Source: a virus. From it: a DNA stretch of 64,000 nt. Positions 47,398 through 56,108 of the stretch are shown here, piece by piece; the stretch's first letter is position 1; every line of letters starts with the position of its first letter. The notes under the pieces were generated by a model, which made no database searches, was not told the origin of the DNA, and saw nothing but the letters and a program-made list of their open reading frames with translations. The stretch lies in IMG/VR virus record IMGVR_UViG_3300015371_000001, positions 1 to 64,000 of that record. The stretch is one strand, 5' to 3'. Position numbers and translations under genes: made by a program.

Positions 47398-47820
47398 TGA
47401 CGTAAGCCAAGTTCATCGTCATTGGTCAGTGAGGGTGCAGCCTCTTAAGCGGCCCCACTCAAGTTCATGGATAGCGGGACCCTAGTGCAGGTTCGAGCCC
47501 TGCCCCCGGTACAACGAGCCGGGGTAGCCCAATCGGTAGAGGCAGTCCCCGCCAGTCAAGCTCGGCTTACAAGTTCATAGACCGTGGGAGGCCGGATCGA
47601 TCTGGCACCGACCCACTAAAAGCAAGAGGAGCGGGTTCAATTCCCGTCCCCGGAGCAGGGTCCCCGTCCCGTGAGCAAGAACGGTGGGGGACGGTGGCTC
47701 TGCTCCGGGGTGGCTCAAGTGGCTGAGCGCTTGCTTACGTCATAGTTCTTTCGGTGCCCAACTGTGTCGGTTCTCCAGGATCGCGGATACGACTACAGAC
47801 CTGACTTTTGAATCAGACCT
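47398..47820 (+). ncRNA. Structured RNA with two circularly permuted tRNA-like domains and two tRNA-Lys anticodon-loop mimics
   Basis: T-arm then closed acceptor stem then D-arm at 47474-47552 and 47620-47736; loops CTCTTAA and CTTTTGAA; 3x CAAGTTCAT. Confidence 0.8.
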
Positions 47821-47829
47821 CTGATCGTT

Positions 47830-47872
47830 GGGGGTGGCCCACAAGGCAAGGTGGGTCACCCCCGCTTTTTAT
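47830..47872 (+). terminator. Intrinsic terminator
   Basis: GGGGGTGGCCCAC/GTGGGTCACCCCC stem then GCTTTTTAT. Confidence 0.85.
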
Positions 47873-47911
47873 GCTTTAGACTGTTGACGACCGGCAACTA
47901 GGAGGCATGGC

Positions 47912-48436
47912 ATGACCGACTTCGTGGACCTCGATGAGGTAGAACCACTTCCACCGCTCTTTCAGGAGCAGATGGAGAAGGCGGAGAATGTTCACTTCAT
48001 GCTCGCCCCGCAGAATCCCAGCGAGGCAGACCTGGAGGCGTACGCCGACGGCCTGGACGCGGCAGCGGACGTGATCGACTCCAAGGGTTGGTGCCAGAAC
48101 ACCTTCATCGGGCAGGACGGTACGGTCTGTGCCGAGCAGGCGATGTGGGTGGGCTACGGCCTGAAGGGTATGTGCGGGCAGGAAGCGAAGCCCACCGATG
48201 GCCTACCGTTGGCTCAATTCAACAAGGCGCTCGCCATGCTCGCGCTGATCGTCAAGGCGCATGGTGCTCGTACCGGTGCGTCGGTGGCTGGCTGGAACGA
48301 TGAGGACGCCACCACGAAGGAGCAGGTGGTCGACACCCTGCGCTTCGTGGCCAAGGAGTTCCGCATGGGCAAGGCGTACTTCGAAATTAATCTGCCGTGG
48401 GGGGTTGACGGTCGGCAACCAGATGCCGTAGAGTAG
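47912..48436 (+). CDS. DUF6197-like hypothetical protein
   Basis: AADVIDSKGWCQ...CA..A...WND; paralogue at 57718. Confidence 0.65.
   Translation: MTDFVDLDEVEPLPPLFQEQMEKAENVHFMLAPQNPSEADLEAYADGLDAAADVIDSKGWCQNTFIGQDGTVCAEQAMWVGYGLKGMCGQEAKPTDGLPLAQFNKALAMLALIVKAHGARTGASVAGWNDEDATTKEQVVDTLRFVAKEFRMGKAYFEINLPWGVDGRQPDAVE
48404..48434 (+). promoter_or_regulatory. Promoter with GTTG-N8-CAAC box driving the downstream ncRNA block
   Basis: TTGACG 48405-48410; TAGAGT 48429-48434. Confidence 0.6.
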
Positions 48437-48443
48437 TAGTCAA

Positions 48444-48980
48444 GTGAAGGGGCTCCGAAACCGGTATGCCGGGGGAGTCAAGCCACACCTCGCGGGAGCT
48501 ACGGTGTAACGCGAGGCGAGGACTGCGGCGATAATCCGCGCTCGTGACGGATGGCGGTCAGGTCCCTACGGGGACTGCTCCAACTGGAGACCCCTTCGCG
48601 AACACCCCCTGTGGGCGACTGTTGACCGATGCCTAAGGGCGATCCGGCAGTTCACCGGAAACGCCACGAGTACGGCTGATGAACACGGCGGCTACGCGGC
48701 AGGGGGAGCCAGGGAATCTCGTGAACGGGTAGAGCCGCCGAGTAGGGTTCGAGTCCCGTCCCCAGCGTGTCAGGCGCTCGTCAGAACGGCGGTGAAACCC
48801 CGTGCGGAACACGGAGCGCTGTGGAACCGGGAGACCTCGTCAAGATTGCGATGGCGACGAGACAGCCCGAGGTGGGCCTGATCAGCCGCCCTGGTTCCGG
48901 GCACCGGCAACCATCTCCTTTCGGGCAGAACCCCGAGGTGAGTAGGGAGTAGCTACCCGAAAGCCTCGGGGTTCTTGCTG
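48444..48980 (+). ncRNA. Block of four multibranch structured RNA domains
   Basis: Closing helices 48444-48456/48586-48599, 48605-48612/48699-48706, 48705-48714/48889-48898, 48927-48938/48964-48975; T-loop GGGTTCGAGTCCC. Confidence 0.65.
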
Positions 48981-49012
48981 TACGGAACTGCTAGAACTGA
49001 GTAGAAGGCAGC

Positions 49013-49867
49013 ATGGTGGCATCGGTGTTGATGGGTGTCGGAGTCACGCTCTTGGCGCTCGCCTTCGCACTTGGTTTTCGGCTGCTTCGGATGCGAAACG
49101 AGCTACGCGCCGAGATGAAGGCGAAGGGGTTGCTCGACACCGTCTCCGAGGACGAGATCATGAACACCCACGCTGACTTCGAGAGCAAGACGCTCAGCTT
49201 CGATGCGATGCTCCACAGGACGGCGTTCTTGGAGGGCGAGATCCACGGCAAGGTGCAGCAGTTGGAGTTGGCGCAGCACCTCATCGATTGTCCTAACGCC
49301 AGCAAGCTGCGGCGGCACGCGCTCACCAAGAAGTGGATTCCTGAGCTAGAGTCAGCGGCCAAGCTCAAGCCCAAGCATCCGGGCGCGATGACGGTCGATC
49401 CACCTCAAGCGCGAGCGCGATGGGAGCAGGCTGCCTGGAACGTGTTCCATCTGCCACCCCAGGAGTTCAAGGGGTTGAGCACCGACCAGTTGGAGATGAA
49501 GGTTCGAGGCGCTGGTCTCCGGTGCGATGAGTGCCGCGTTTGGCGTGCGCGTAAGGACATCGTCAGCGACCAGTACGAAAACAGCTTCGGTGATGGGGGC
49601 CGTACTACGTTCTGGTATCGCCGCTGTAAGGACGCCTGCGACCTGAAGCACGTGGAGGCGACTCAACGCGCTGTGCTCAAGACGGCATCGACGCCGCCGA
49701 CGGTCGTGCTCGGGCCAGACGAGGCGATTATCACAGAGGACCGTGCTCCGTTGATCGAGTGGTACTGGAAGTCCAAGGCGACCCATGAACGTGTCATGAA
49801 CATGGGCCATACAGCCAAGTGTGGGTGTCGTGGTTGCAAGCAGAAGCGGGCCGAGGGCTACCGATGA
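49013..49867 (+). CDS. Membrane-anchored hypothetical protein
   Basis: N-terminal TM, Cys motifs. Confidence 0.65.
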   Translation: MVASVLMGVGVTLLALAFALGFRLLRMRNELRAEMKAKGLLDTVSEDEIMNTHADFESKTLSFDAMLHRTAFLEGEIHGKVQQLELAQHLIDCPNASKLRRHALTKKWIPELESAAKLKPKHPGAMTVDPPQARARWEQAAWNVFHLPPQEFKGLSTDQLEMKVRGAGLRCDECRVWRARKDIVSDQYENSFGDGGRTTFWYRRCKDACDLKHVEATQRAVLKTASTPPTVVLGPDEAIITEDRAPLIEWYWKSKATHERVMNMGHTAKCGCRGCKQKRAEGYR

Positions 49868-49909
49868 TCGACTTGGTTGGATAGACTGACTACGACCATA
49901 GGAGGCAGC

Positions 49910-50512
49910 ATGGAGGGACGGCCCGTGGGTCCGAACTACACCCACGAAACGATCCGTTGGATTCGAGAGAACGGCGGTAAGGCCAACTTCCTGGACGGCG
50001 GAGCCATCATGCTTGGTCCTGACGGTAGGACGGCCAAGCCGGGTGACACCATCGTCCATCTCGATGACGGCAACTTCACCATCTGGGAGAGCGGAGTACG
50101 TGATGCCGAGGGGGTATCAGAGCAAGAAGGACCGGGGTCGGGACACGAGGACGCCGGAGGGCCAGAAGATCGAGAGTCGGTACAAGGACTCGAACAAGGC
50201 GGTGCGGAACGCGAGGCGCGCTCAGCGCCGCGCAACGAAGGCGAGTCAGCCGAAGGCGAAGAAGGGTTGGTTCAGCTAGAAGCCAACCTGATCTGCCGTG
50301 CGGTCATGCCGGACGGCGATGCTGGCTGTGGTCGAGTGCCCGACGAGATCTCTGAGTACCAGCCGGAGTCGACCGGTGAACTGCTCTCGCCACGGGCGTA
50401 CGTGATGCGTGAGGAGGGCACCCTGAATCGGCAGAACGGGCACTTCCTTTGCACTTCGTGTTACATCAAGGCTGGACAGCCTTCAAGCCCCTGGGGGTGG
50501 ACGGCACCATGA
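49910..50512 (+). CDS. Hypothetical protein
   Basis: AGGAGG SD; C-terminal EEGTLN...FLCTSCYIKAG. Confidence 0.6.
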   Translation: MEGRPVGPNYTHETIRWIRENGGKANFLDGGAIMLGPDGRTAKPGDTIVHLDDGNFTIWESGVRDAEGVSEQEGPGSGHEDAGGPEDRESVQGLEQGGAEREARSAPRNEGESAEGEEGLVQLEANLICRAVMPDGDAGCGRVPDEISEYQPESTGELLSPRAYVMREEGTLNRQNGHFLCTSCYIKAGQPSSPWGWTAP

Positions 50513-50898
50513 GCAACAAGGACGAGACGATCCGCAACTCGGGTCTGACGTGGTCATGGCGAATCGCATGGTTCTTGGTGACGGCGAGTGTCGTGTGCTT
50601 CATCTCGTGGGTGTCGCTTTGCACCTACACCAACATCCCGTACCCCAATTCGTACGGCGACGGACGTGGTTGGGGCGACATGGTCGGCCTCTACGTCGTG
50701 GTCAACATCATCTTGGTGATCGCCACCGTGCTCGCCTTCATCTGGCACTACGAGCTACGGACCGATGCTGCGGCTCAGGCCGAGAAGATCGTGGAGAAGG
50801 CAGCCAAGGCTGTGCTGACCGACGAGGAGTGGAACCGGGTTCGGAAGCGCGAGCGCGAGATGAAGCGCGAGGCGGACCGTAACCGGTACGGCTACTGA
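50509..50898 (+). CDS. Membrane protein (2 TM)
   Basis: Two hydrophobic helices; ATGA overlap. Confidence 0.65.
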   Translation: MSNKDETIRNSGLTWSWRIAWFLVTASVVCFISWVSLCTYTNIPYPNSYGDGRGWGDMVGLYVVVNIILVIATVLAFIWHYELRTDAAAQAEKIVEKAAKAVLTDEEWNRVRKREREMKREADRNRYGY

Positions 50899-51090
50899 TG
50901 GGCGTGAAGTGGCGGGCGTTCGTCCGAGGTATCGCCTCCATCGGTGAGGGTTGGGCGACCATGAATCCGTTCCCTGGTCCTCGTAAGCACGAGTCGACCT
51001 TCGAGAAGGATCTGGCGAAGTCCATCGAGCAGATGAAGCGTGGTGAGGGGACTGTTCGAATCCCCAAGCAGCGAGACGGGAGCCACGACG

Positions 51091-51369
51091 ATGCACCATG
51101 AGGAGGCGAGCCGGAAGGACGCCGAGATCGCCAAGGCGCAGCAACAGCGTGACAACTTGGCCAAGGAGCTATTCCTGGTCGAGTCCATCTTGGCGTCGGC
51201 GCTCGACTACCCCTGGGACATCGAGTACGGCTGGGCGACCGGTGACCACACCACGGTGACCTTGGCGATGACCGTACACCGCAAGCTGCGGCCCGACCAC
51301 GATCTCGAAGTGGTTGAGGATGACACCGACAAGGTCGCGTACGCCACGGAGAAGGTGCCGCCACGATGA
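51091..51369 (+). CDS. Hypothetical protein
   Basis: GGAG SD. Confidence 0.55.
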   Translation: MHHEEASRKDAEIAKAQQQRDNLAKELFLVESILASALDYPWDIEYGWATGDHTTVTLAMTVHRKLRPDHDLEVVEDDTDKVAYATEKVPPR

Positions 51370-51529
51370 GGTTCGCCAATGTGGTGGCCTGCTTCGTTGG
51401 TCGGCCACGGTGTTATCGGCAGAGGGAGGATGGCATCGACTTCGCGATGTGTCGTTATTGTCACCGTCAGGCCGAAGTTCACGATTTCGGTGGACCTCGA
51501 CCTCGACCGCGCATGGTGGGTGAAGGACC

Positions 51530-51817
51530 ATGATCCTCATTGCCTTGGTGTTGGCCGTCTCCAACTTGGCGCTGATCTTCGTGGTGATGATCCAACGCAT
51601 CGCGATCCGTGATCTTGGTGATCGAGTTCACTCGCTGGAGAACACCGCAGTCGGCAGTGATGGGTTGACTGGCTTCGAGCGGCAGTTGATCGCGGAGAAG
51701 TGGTGGAACGACCAGCAGGAGGGCGCTGACGCCATTGTGAGCGCCGCTGAGGCGTACCGCAGGGCTAACAAGCGCCACATCATCCCAGACGGTCAGGAGG
51801 ACGGTGAGCCGGGATGA
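51530..51817 (+). CDS. Membrane-anchored hypothetical protein
   Basis: N-terminal TM; AAGGA SD. Confidence 0.6.
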   Translation: MILIALVLAVSNLALIFVVMIQRIAIRDLGDRVHSLENTAVGSDGLTGFERQLIAEKWWNDQQEGADAIVSAAEAYRRANKRHIIPDGQEDGEPG

Positions 51818-52167
51818 CGGCCCATCGAACGACCGAGTACTTGGTCGTTCCGACTGGCTTCGAGACGGCCACGGCTCCGGAGAAGATGGCCTGGGGCTTG
51901 GACTGGACTTGGACCGTGGCCTGGCGTGGGACCGACACGGACTTCTGGCACGGCTGGGCGATCTGTCACGGTGGCCGGTGCATGAACCACGACGGCGAGT
52001 GGGAGCACGAGCCTTCGCCGTCGAATCGAGATCATGATTTCCTGGCTCGATGCCGGTGGGTCTACCCGAGCGAGGCATTGAGTTTCGCCCACCATCGAAT
52101 CGACTACTTCAAGGTCAACGGCAGGACGTTCGCTGAGGTGCTTGGTCGTGACGATTACCGAGACTGA
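51814..52167 (+). CDS. Hypothetical protein
   Basis: GEWEHEPSPSNRD.DFLARCRW motif. Confidence 0.6.
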   Translation: MTAHRTTEYLVVPTGFETATAPEKMAWGLDWTWTVAWRGTDTDFWHGWAICHGGRCMNHDGEWEHEPSPSNRDHDFLARCRWVYPSEALSFAHHRIDYFKVNGRTFAEVLGRDDYRD

Positions 52168-52423
52168 GATCGATCCGCTACTTGACTTCGATCCAGGGAT
52201 TCCGTGCAGGGGCGCGTTGCACATGCGCGGCATCGAATGTGGTGCCGAGGCCGAATGGATTCTCTACCTCGCGGAGTGCTGCGTCCGACGTGTGTGCATG
52301 GCGTTGATGTTCTGCTCGCCGTGCAAGGACAAGTGGCTGGACGGCAAGGTCGGCAAGTGCTTCTGGTGTGGCTTCGAGTGGCGACCGCGCCGTCATGCTG
52401 TCACGAGGATCGAACCTCTGTGA
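52142..52423 (+). CDS. Cys-rich zinc-binding protein
   Basis: Multiple CxxC; start uncertain. Confidence 0.55.
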   Translation: MVVTITETEIDPLLDFDPGIPCRGALHMRGIECGAEAEWILYLAECCVRRVCMALMFCSPCKDKWLDGKVGKCFWCGFEWRPRRHAVTRIEPL

Positions 52424-52855
52424 CCATCCCTGAGCCGGACTTCATGTTCCTGACGCAGTACGGGCGTCGGCGACACGCTCGGAACTTCGGCAATCGCAGC
52501 ATCACGGTCTGCGGTAAGGAGATCGATTACGCCGCCACGACTGAGGGCCGCGAGATCGTCTACACCTTGAAGCCCTGTGGTAGGTGCATCTCCTACCGTT
52601 CGAGGACTCGATGATCGACTACGGGATGACCCAAGAGCCGTGGTGGCCAAAGTGCGGGCAGGAGATGTATTCCGACGGACCGGTCTGCACTCGACCGATG
52701 GGGCACCTCGCCATTGGTGATTCTGCTCGACCACGAGAAGGTCATCCGTGGTCGTATCACCGTGATGATGCCAAGCGTCGATTCTGGCGCTGGGAGCGTT
52801 GGCCGGGAGGCTGTAATCGCTGAGGATGGGTTGACGTTCGTCCGCTAATCATTAG

Positions 52856-53776
52856 GTGACGACGTTCGGGATCGACGTATCCCACCATCAACCAGATTTC
52901 AACTTCGACGCAGCCGCCGCCGAGGGCATCAAGTTCTGTTACTGCAAGGTCTCCGAGGGCCGTGAAGTACGCGACGAGCGATGGCCGGAGTACCGGGAGC
53001 ACGCGCTCAGCGCTGGGCTCTATGTGGCTGGATACCACTTTTTGCGCTCCGACTCCCCACCGGAGGATCAGGCGCGTAACGCCATCGGTTGGCTGGGCAA
53101 GCACACTCCTCTGATTCTCGATGTCGAGGAGGACAAGAGCCCCAAGAGTCAGCCGACGCTGAAGCACGTCCAGGAGTTCATCTCAGCGGCCAAGGAATTG
53201 GACGCCGAGGTGTCGATGGTCTACCTCCCGTTCTGGTACTGGAAGTGGATCGACCAGAACCACAAGGACTCCGACCTCAAGCCACTGCCGCCGATTATCT
53301 CCTCGGACTATGGCGTCGACACCGTCGGTCCGTACCGGGAGATCTACCCAGGCGACGACTCCACGCGATGGAAGGCGTACGGCGGCGTGACGCCGACGAT
53401 CCTCCAGTACGGATCTCGCGCTTCGGTGGCTAGCCAGCGAGTCGACGTGAACGCCTTCCGAGGGCCAGCGGCCAAGCTCGCGAAGTGGTTCCGTAGCCCT
53501 CCGGGCGAGTCGACCTTCAGCCTGGACGAAGTGCTAAATCCTCATGCTGACGAAGAAGATCAGGTCACCTTCCGGCAGTGCCTCCTCAGCGCGTACCGGT
53601 TGTCGGATCGCTTCGAGCGATTCGCCGAGGCGCAGCGCCGCCGCGTCGCCGCCGAAGTACGCCGCGACGAGGACAACTTGGAGGCGATCAAGGCTGAGAT
53701 CCACAAGCTCAACGGCGGCAAGAAGCTCACCAAGCAGGACGTGGTCAACGACCTCATCGACCGTCTGAAGGACTGA
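52856..53776 (+). CDS. Endolysin, GH25 muramidase
   Basis: GIDVSHHQ, KVSEG, GYHF, LDVE, VDVN. Confidence 0.9.
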   Translation: MTTFGIDVSHHQPDFNFDAAAAEGIKFCYCKVSEGREVRDERWPEYREHALSAGLYVAGYHFLRSDSPPEDQARNAIGWLGKHTPLILDVEEDKSPKSQPTLKHVQEFISAAKELDAEVSMVYLPFWYWKWIDQNHKDSDLKPLPPIISSDYGVDTVGPYREIYPGDDSTRWKAYGGVTPTILQYGSRASVASQRVDVNAFRGPAAKLAKWFRSPPGESTFSLDEVLNPHADEEDQVTFRQCLLSAYRLSDRFERFAEAQRRRVAAEVRRDEDNLEAIKAEIHKLNGGKKLTKQDVVNDLIDRLKD

Positions 53777-53879
53777 GCCGAACAGCTAGTGATTCGGTAC
53801 GCGACCGGGTATCAAAGTGTCAGAGAGTGGGTTCGGCCTGCCCGATTCTCCGCTCCGATAATTCCTACGAGGAGGACCA

Positions 53880-54386
53880 ATGCCGAGTAAGCAGACCGCC
53901 CAGGTGGTGGACCCGACCAAGGAGAAGTCGCCCGAGCAGATTGCCCGCGAGATCGAGGCCGACAAGCTCGCCCAGAAGGCTGGTCGCGAGGAGCCCAAGA
54001 CGGAGACCTTGGAGAAGGCCGACGACGGCGAACACACCATCTTGATCCACTTCATCAAGGAGGCCGGTTTCACCGCTTTGGCTCGTGTCTGGTACCGGGC
54101 TCAGGAGATCGAGTTCTCCATCCCCGACGGCGAGAGCTACAAGGACACCTTCGACCGCAAGGGACGGTCCTGGCTGGTCTCCCAGAAGGCGACCAAGAAC
54201 GACAAGGGCGAGTGGGTCTACCCGAGCGAGGTCACCGTCCTGGACGACTACCAGCAGGCCGAGCGCTGGGGCGAGATCGTGTACCGCGAGGGACCGTGGC
54301 GCGGCAAGGGCTGGGACGAGGATCAGGCAGCGCTCAAGGAGCGCGAGCGCAACCGCGCAGCGCCGGTCCTGGACAAGCGGGTGTAG
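53880..54386 (+). CDS. Hypothetical late protein
   Basis: GAGGAGG SD, late-type motif upstream, strong codon bias. Confidence 0.7.
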   Translation: MPSKQTAQVVDPTKEKSPEQIAREIEADKLAQKAGREEPKTETLEKADDGEHTILIHFIKEAGFTALARVWYRAQEIEFSIPDGESYKDTFDRKGRSWLVSQKATKNDKGEWVYPSEVTVLDDYQQAERWGEIVYREGPWRGKGWDEDQAALKERERNRAAPVLDKRV

Positions 54387-54617
54387 ACCATGTTCTTCGA
54401 GGTCTGGATTTCAGGTCTGGTGGCCGGAGTCCTTGGTGTGGGCATCGGCATCTCGATTCACCTGGCTCACATCAGGGCCACGGTGGAATCGATCCGTGCG
54501 CAGTTGGCGCGTGAGGAGTTCCTACGGGAGAGGGAGCGCCGTTGATTCGTCTGCTAGAAGCTTCCGATCCTCAGACAAGCCCTTAGTACGCGAATACGAG
54601 TCCCAAGGAGAACCAGC

Positions 54618-55157
54618 ATGGCACTCTGGAGCCCCACAGTGGACGATCTGGCTGGCTTTACCGGCGAGGTCGGGGCCTCCTACGAGCCCTTCGTCCAGCG
54701 CGCTCTGAGCGACGCTGTGCTGTTGTTCTCCTGGGCTTCCTGTATCGAAGAACTGCCTGATCAGGGCACCAACGAAGGCGACCTCATCCGTAACGGAATC
54801 CTGGCGATGGCGGACAGCCTCTACACCAGTCAGGATCAGCGCAACGTCACCTCCGGACCGTTCCAGTCCGAGACCATCGGCTCCTACAGCTACTCGCTGC
54901 GACAGGCGACGCAGGCGGTTCAAGCCTCCTCCCCTACCGGGGTGGGCTGGTTCGATATGGCCGTGGAGTTCCTAGGCGTCTGCTCCAGGACCCGCAACAC
55001 CGTGCTCGGCTCCAGCAAGATCCTGTTCGAGGACGACCTGCCGTGGCACACGCACACAGACGGCAAGATCCATCTGCTAGGACCCGCCGACTTCAAGCAA
55101 CCGTTCCCTCCGAGTTGGTGGTCCATCCCGAAGTCCTACGTGCCGGATGGGAACTAG
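54618..55157 (+). CDS. Head-to-tail adaptor
   Basis: PTVDDL...FQSETIGSYSYS. Confidence 0.75.
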   Translation: MALWSPTVDDLAGFTGEVGASYEPFVQRALSDAVLLFSWASCIEELPDQGTNEGDLIRNGILAMADSLYTSQDQRNVTSGPFQSETIGSYSYSLRQATQAVQASSPTGVGWFDMAVEFLGVCSRTRNTVLGSSKILFEDDLPWHTHTDGKIHLLGPADFKQPFPPSWWSIPKSYVPDGN

Positions 55158-55161
55158 CCCA

Positions 55162-55533
55162 ATGCGCCATCTGTTCAACTCCACCCTCTCGGTCTATCGC
55201 CTCGTGCGTACGCAGAACAAGGGAGCCGCCACCGTGGAGTGGCGCGCCACAGGGATCACCTTCGATGCTCGTCTCGACCTGACCTTCGTCAGACCGGGCA
55301 AAGACTCAGTCCCCCCTGCCGAAGCAGGCAAAGCCCCTGATCGTAACGGTCTGCTGATCTATTCCAACGACACAATCCTTAGAGCCTCAGACAGACTCAA
55401 GGTCCTCGAAGGACCTCATACCCCAGGCTGGTTCGAGATCAGAGCCATCCCAGATCCAGCCCAGGGCTACTCAAATGCCCACCACATGGAAGTCCAGGTA
55501 TTCGAGGTGGCCCAGCAGGTGGCCACCGTCTGA
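55162..55533 (+). CDS. Head-to-tail stopper/closure protein
   Basis: Follows adaptor; terminal HHMEV. Confidence 0.7.
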   Translation: MRHLFNSTLSVYRLVRTQNKGAATVEWRATGITFDARLDLTFVRPGKDSVPPAEAGKAPDRNGLLIYSNDTILRASDRLKVLEGPHTPGWFEIRAIPDPAQGYSNAHHMEVQVFEVAQQVATV

Positions 55534-56108
55534 CCCGTAGGGGGGAGAGAACCTACCGTGCTGACCAAGATTGAGGTACCCACCCGTACTGCCCGTAGGG
55601 CGTACAACGGATCGCCCTCCACCTTGATCCAGGCTCTCAAGCACCGTGCGATCCAGCGTCCCAACCGACCGAGAGCGCACGGACCTGCTAATACTCCACG
55701 CTCAGATCACAGCAGATCCAGCAGGGGAAAATCCACCGGACCTGCTAACCCTCCCGGCTCAAACCACGGTGGTTCCTTACAGGAGCCGAGTGCCGGGAAT
55801 GTGCTGAGCCCAGGGTTCAGCTACCTCCCCGAGGAGTACGAACCGTTGCTGACCAGGCGCGAGAAGCAGATTCTCGCGGCCTGGGGGCTCGGGACCGTGG
55901 CGTTCAGCGTGATCGACACGGTCTGCCACACCAGGTGGCCGACCTACAGCACCTTCCTGCGCTGGGGATTCAGGACGGAGCACCCGATTGGGCGGGTCAC
56001 CCTGGGGATCTCCCTGGTGGTGCTCTACGCACATCTGGCGAGAACGCCACGAAACCGGCGGGCATAAGGGACGAACCCAAAATACCTGTCTCAGCTAAAG
56101 GAGTTCGA

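Noticed and set aside
47474-47736. Ordinary tRNA genes or pseudogenes / integration-site remnants
   Set aside because: Halves are in permuted order with closed acceptor stems and intact compensating helices in both copies; no integrase nearby
48656-48690. GAAAC...CTGATGA as a hammerhead ribozyme
   Set aside because: No consistent three-stem junction or cleavage triplet found
48449-48770. tmRNA
   Set aside because: GGGGCT start and a T-loop are present, but no matching acceptor 3' strand with CCA and no tag reading frame were found
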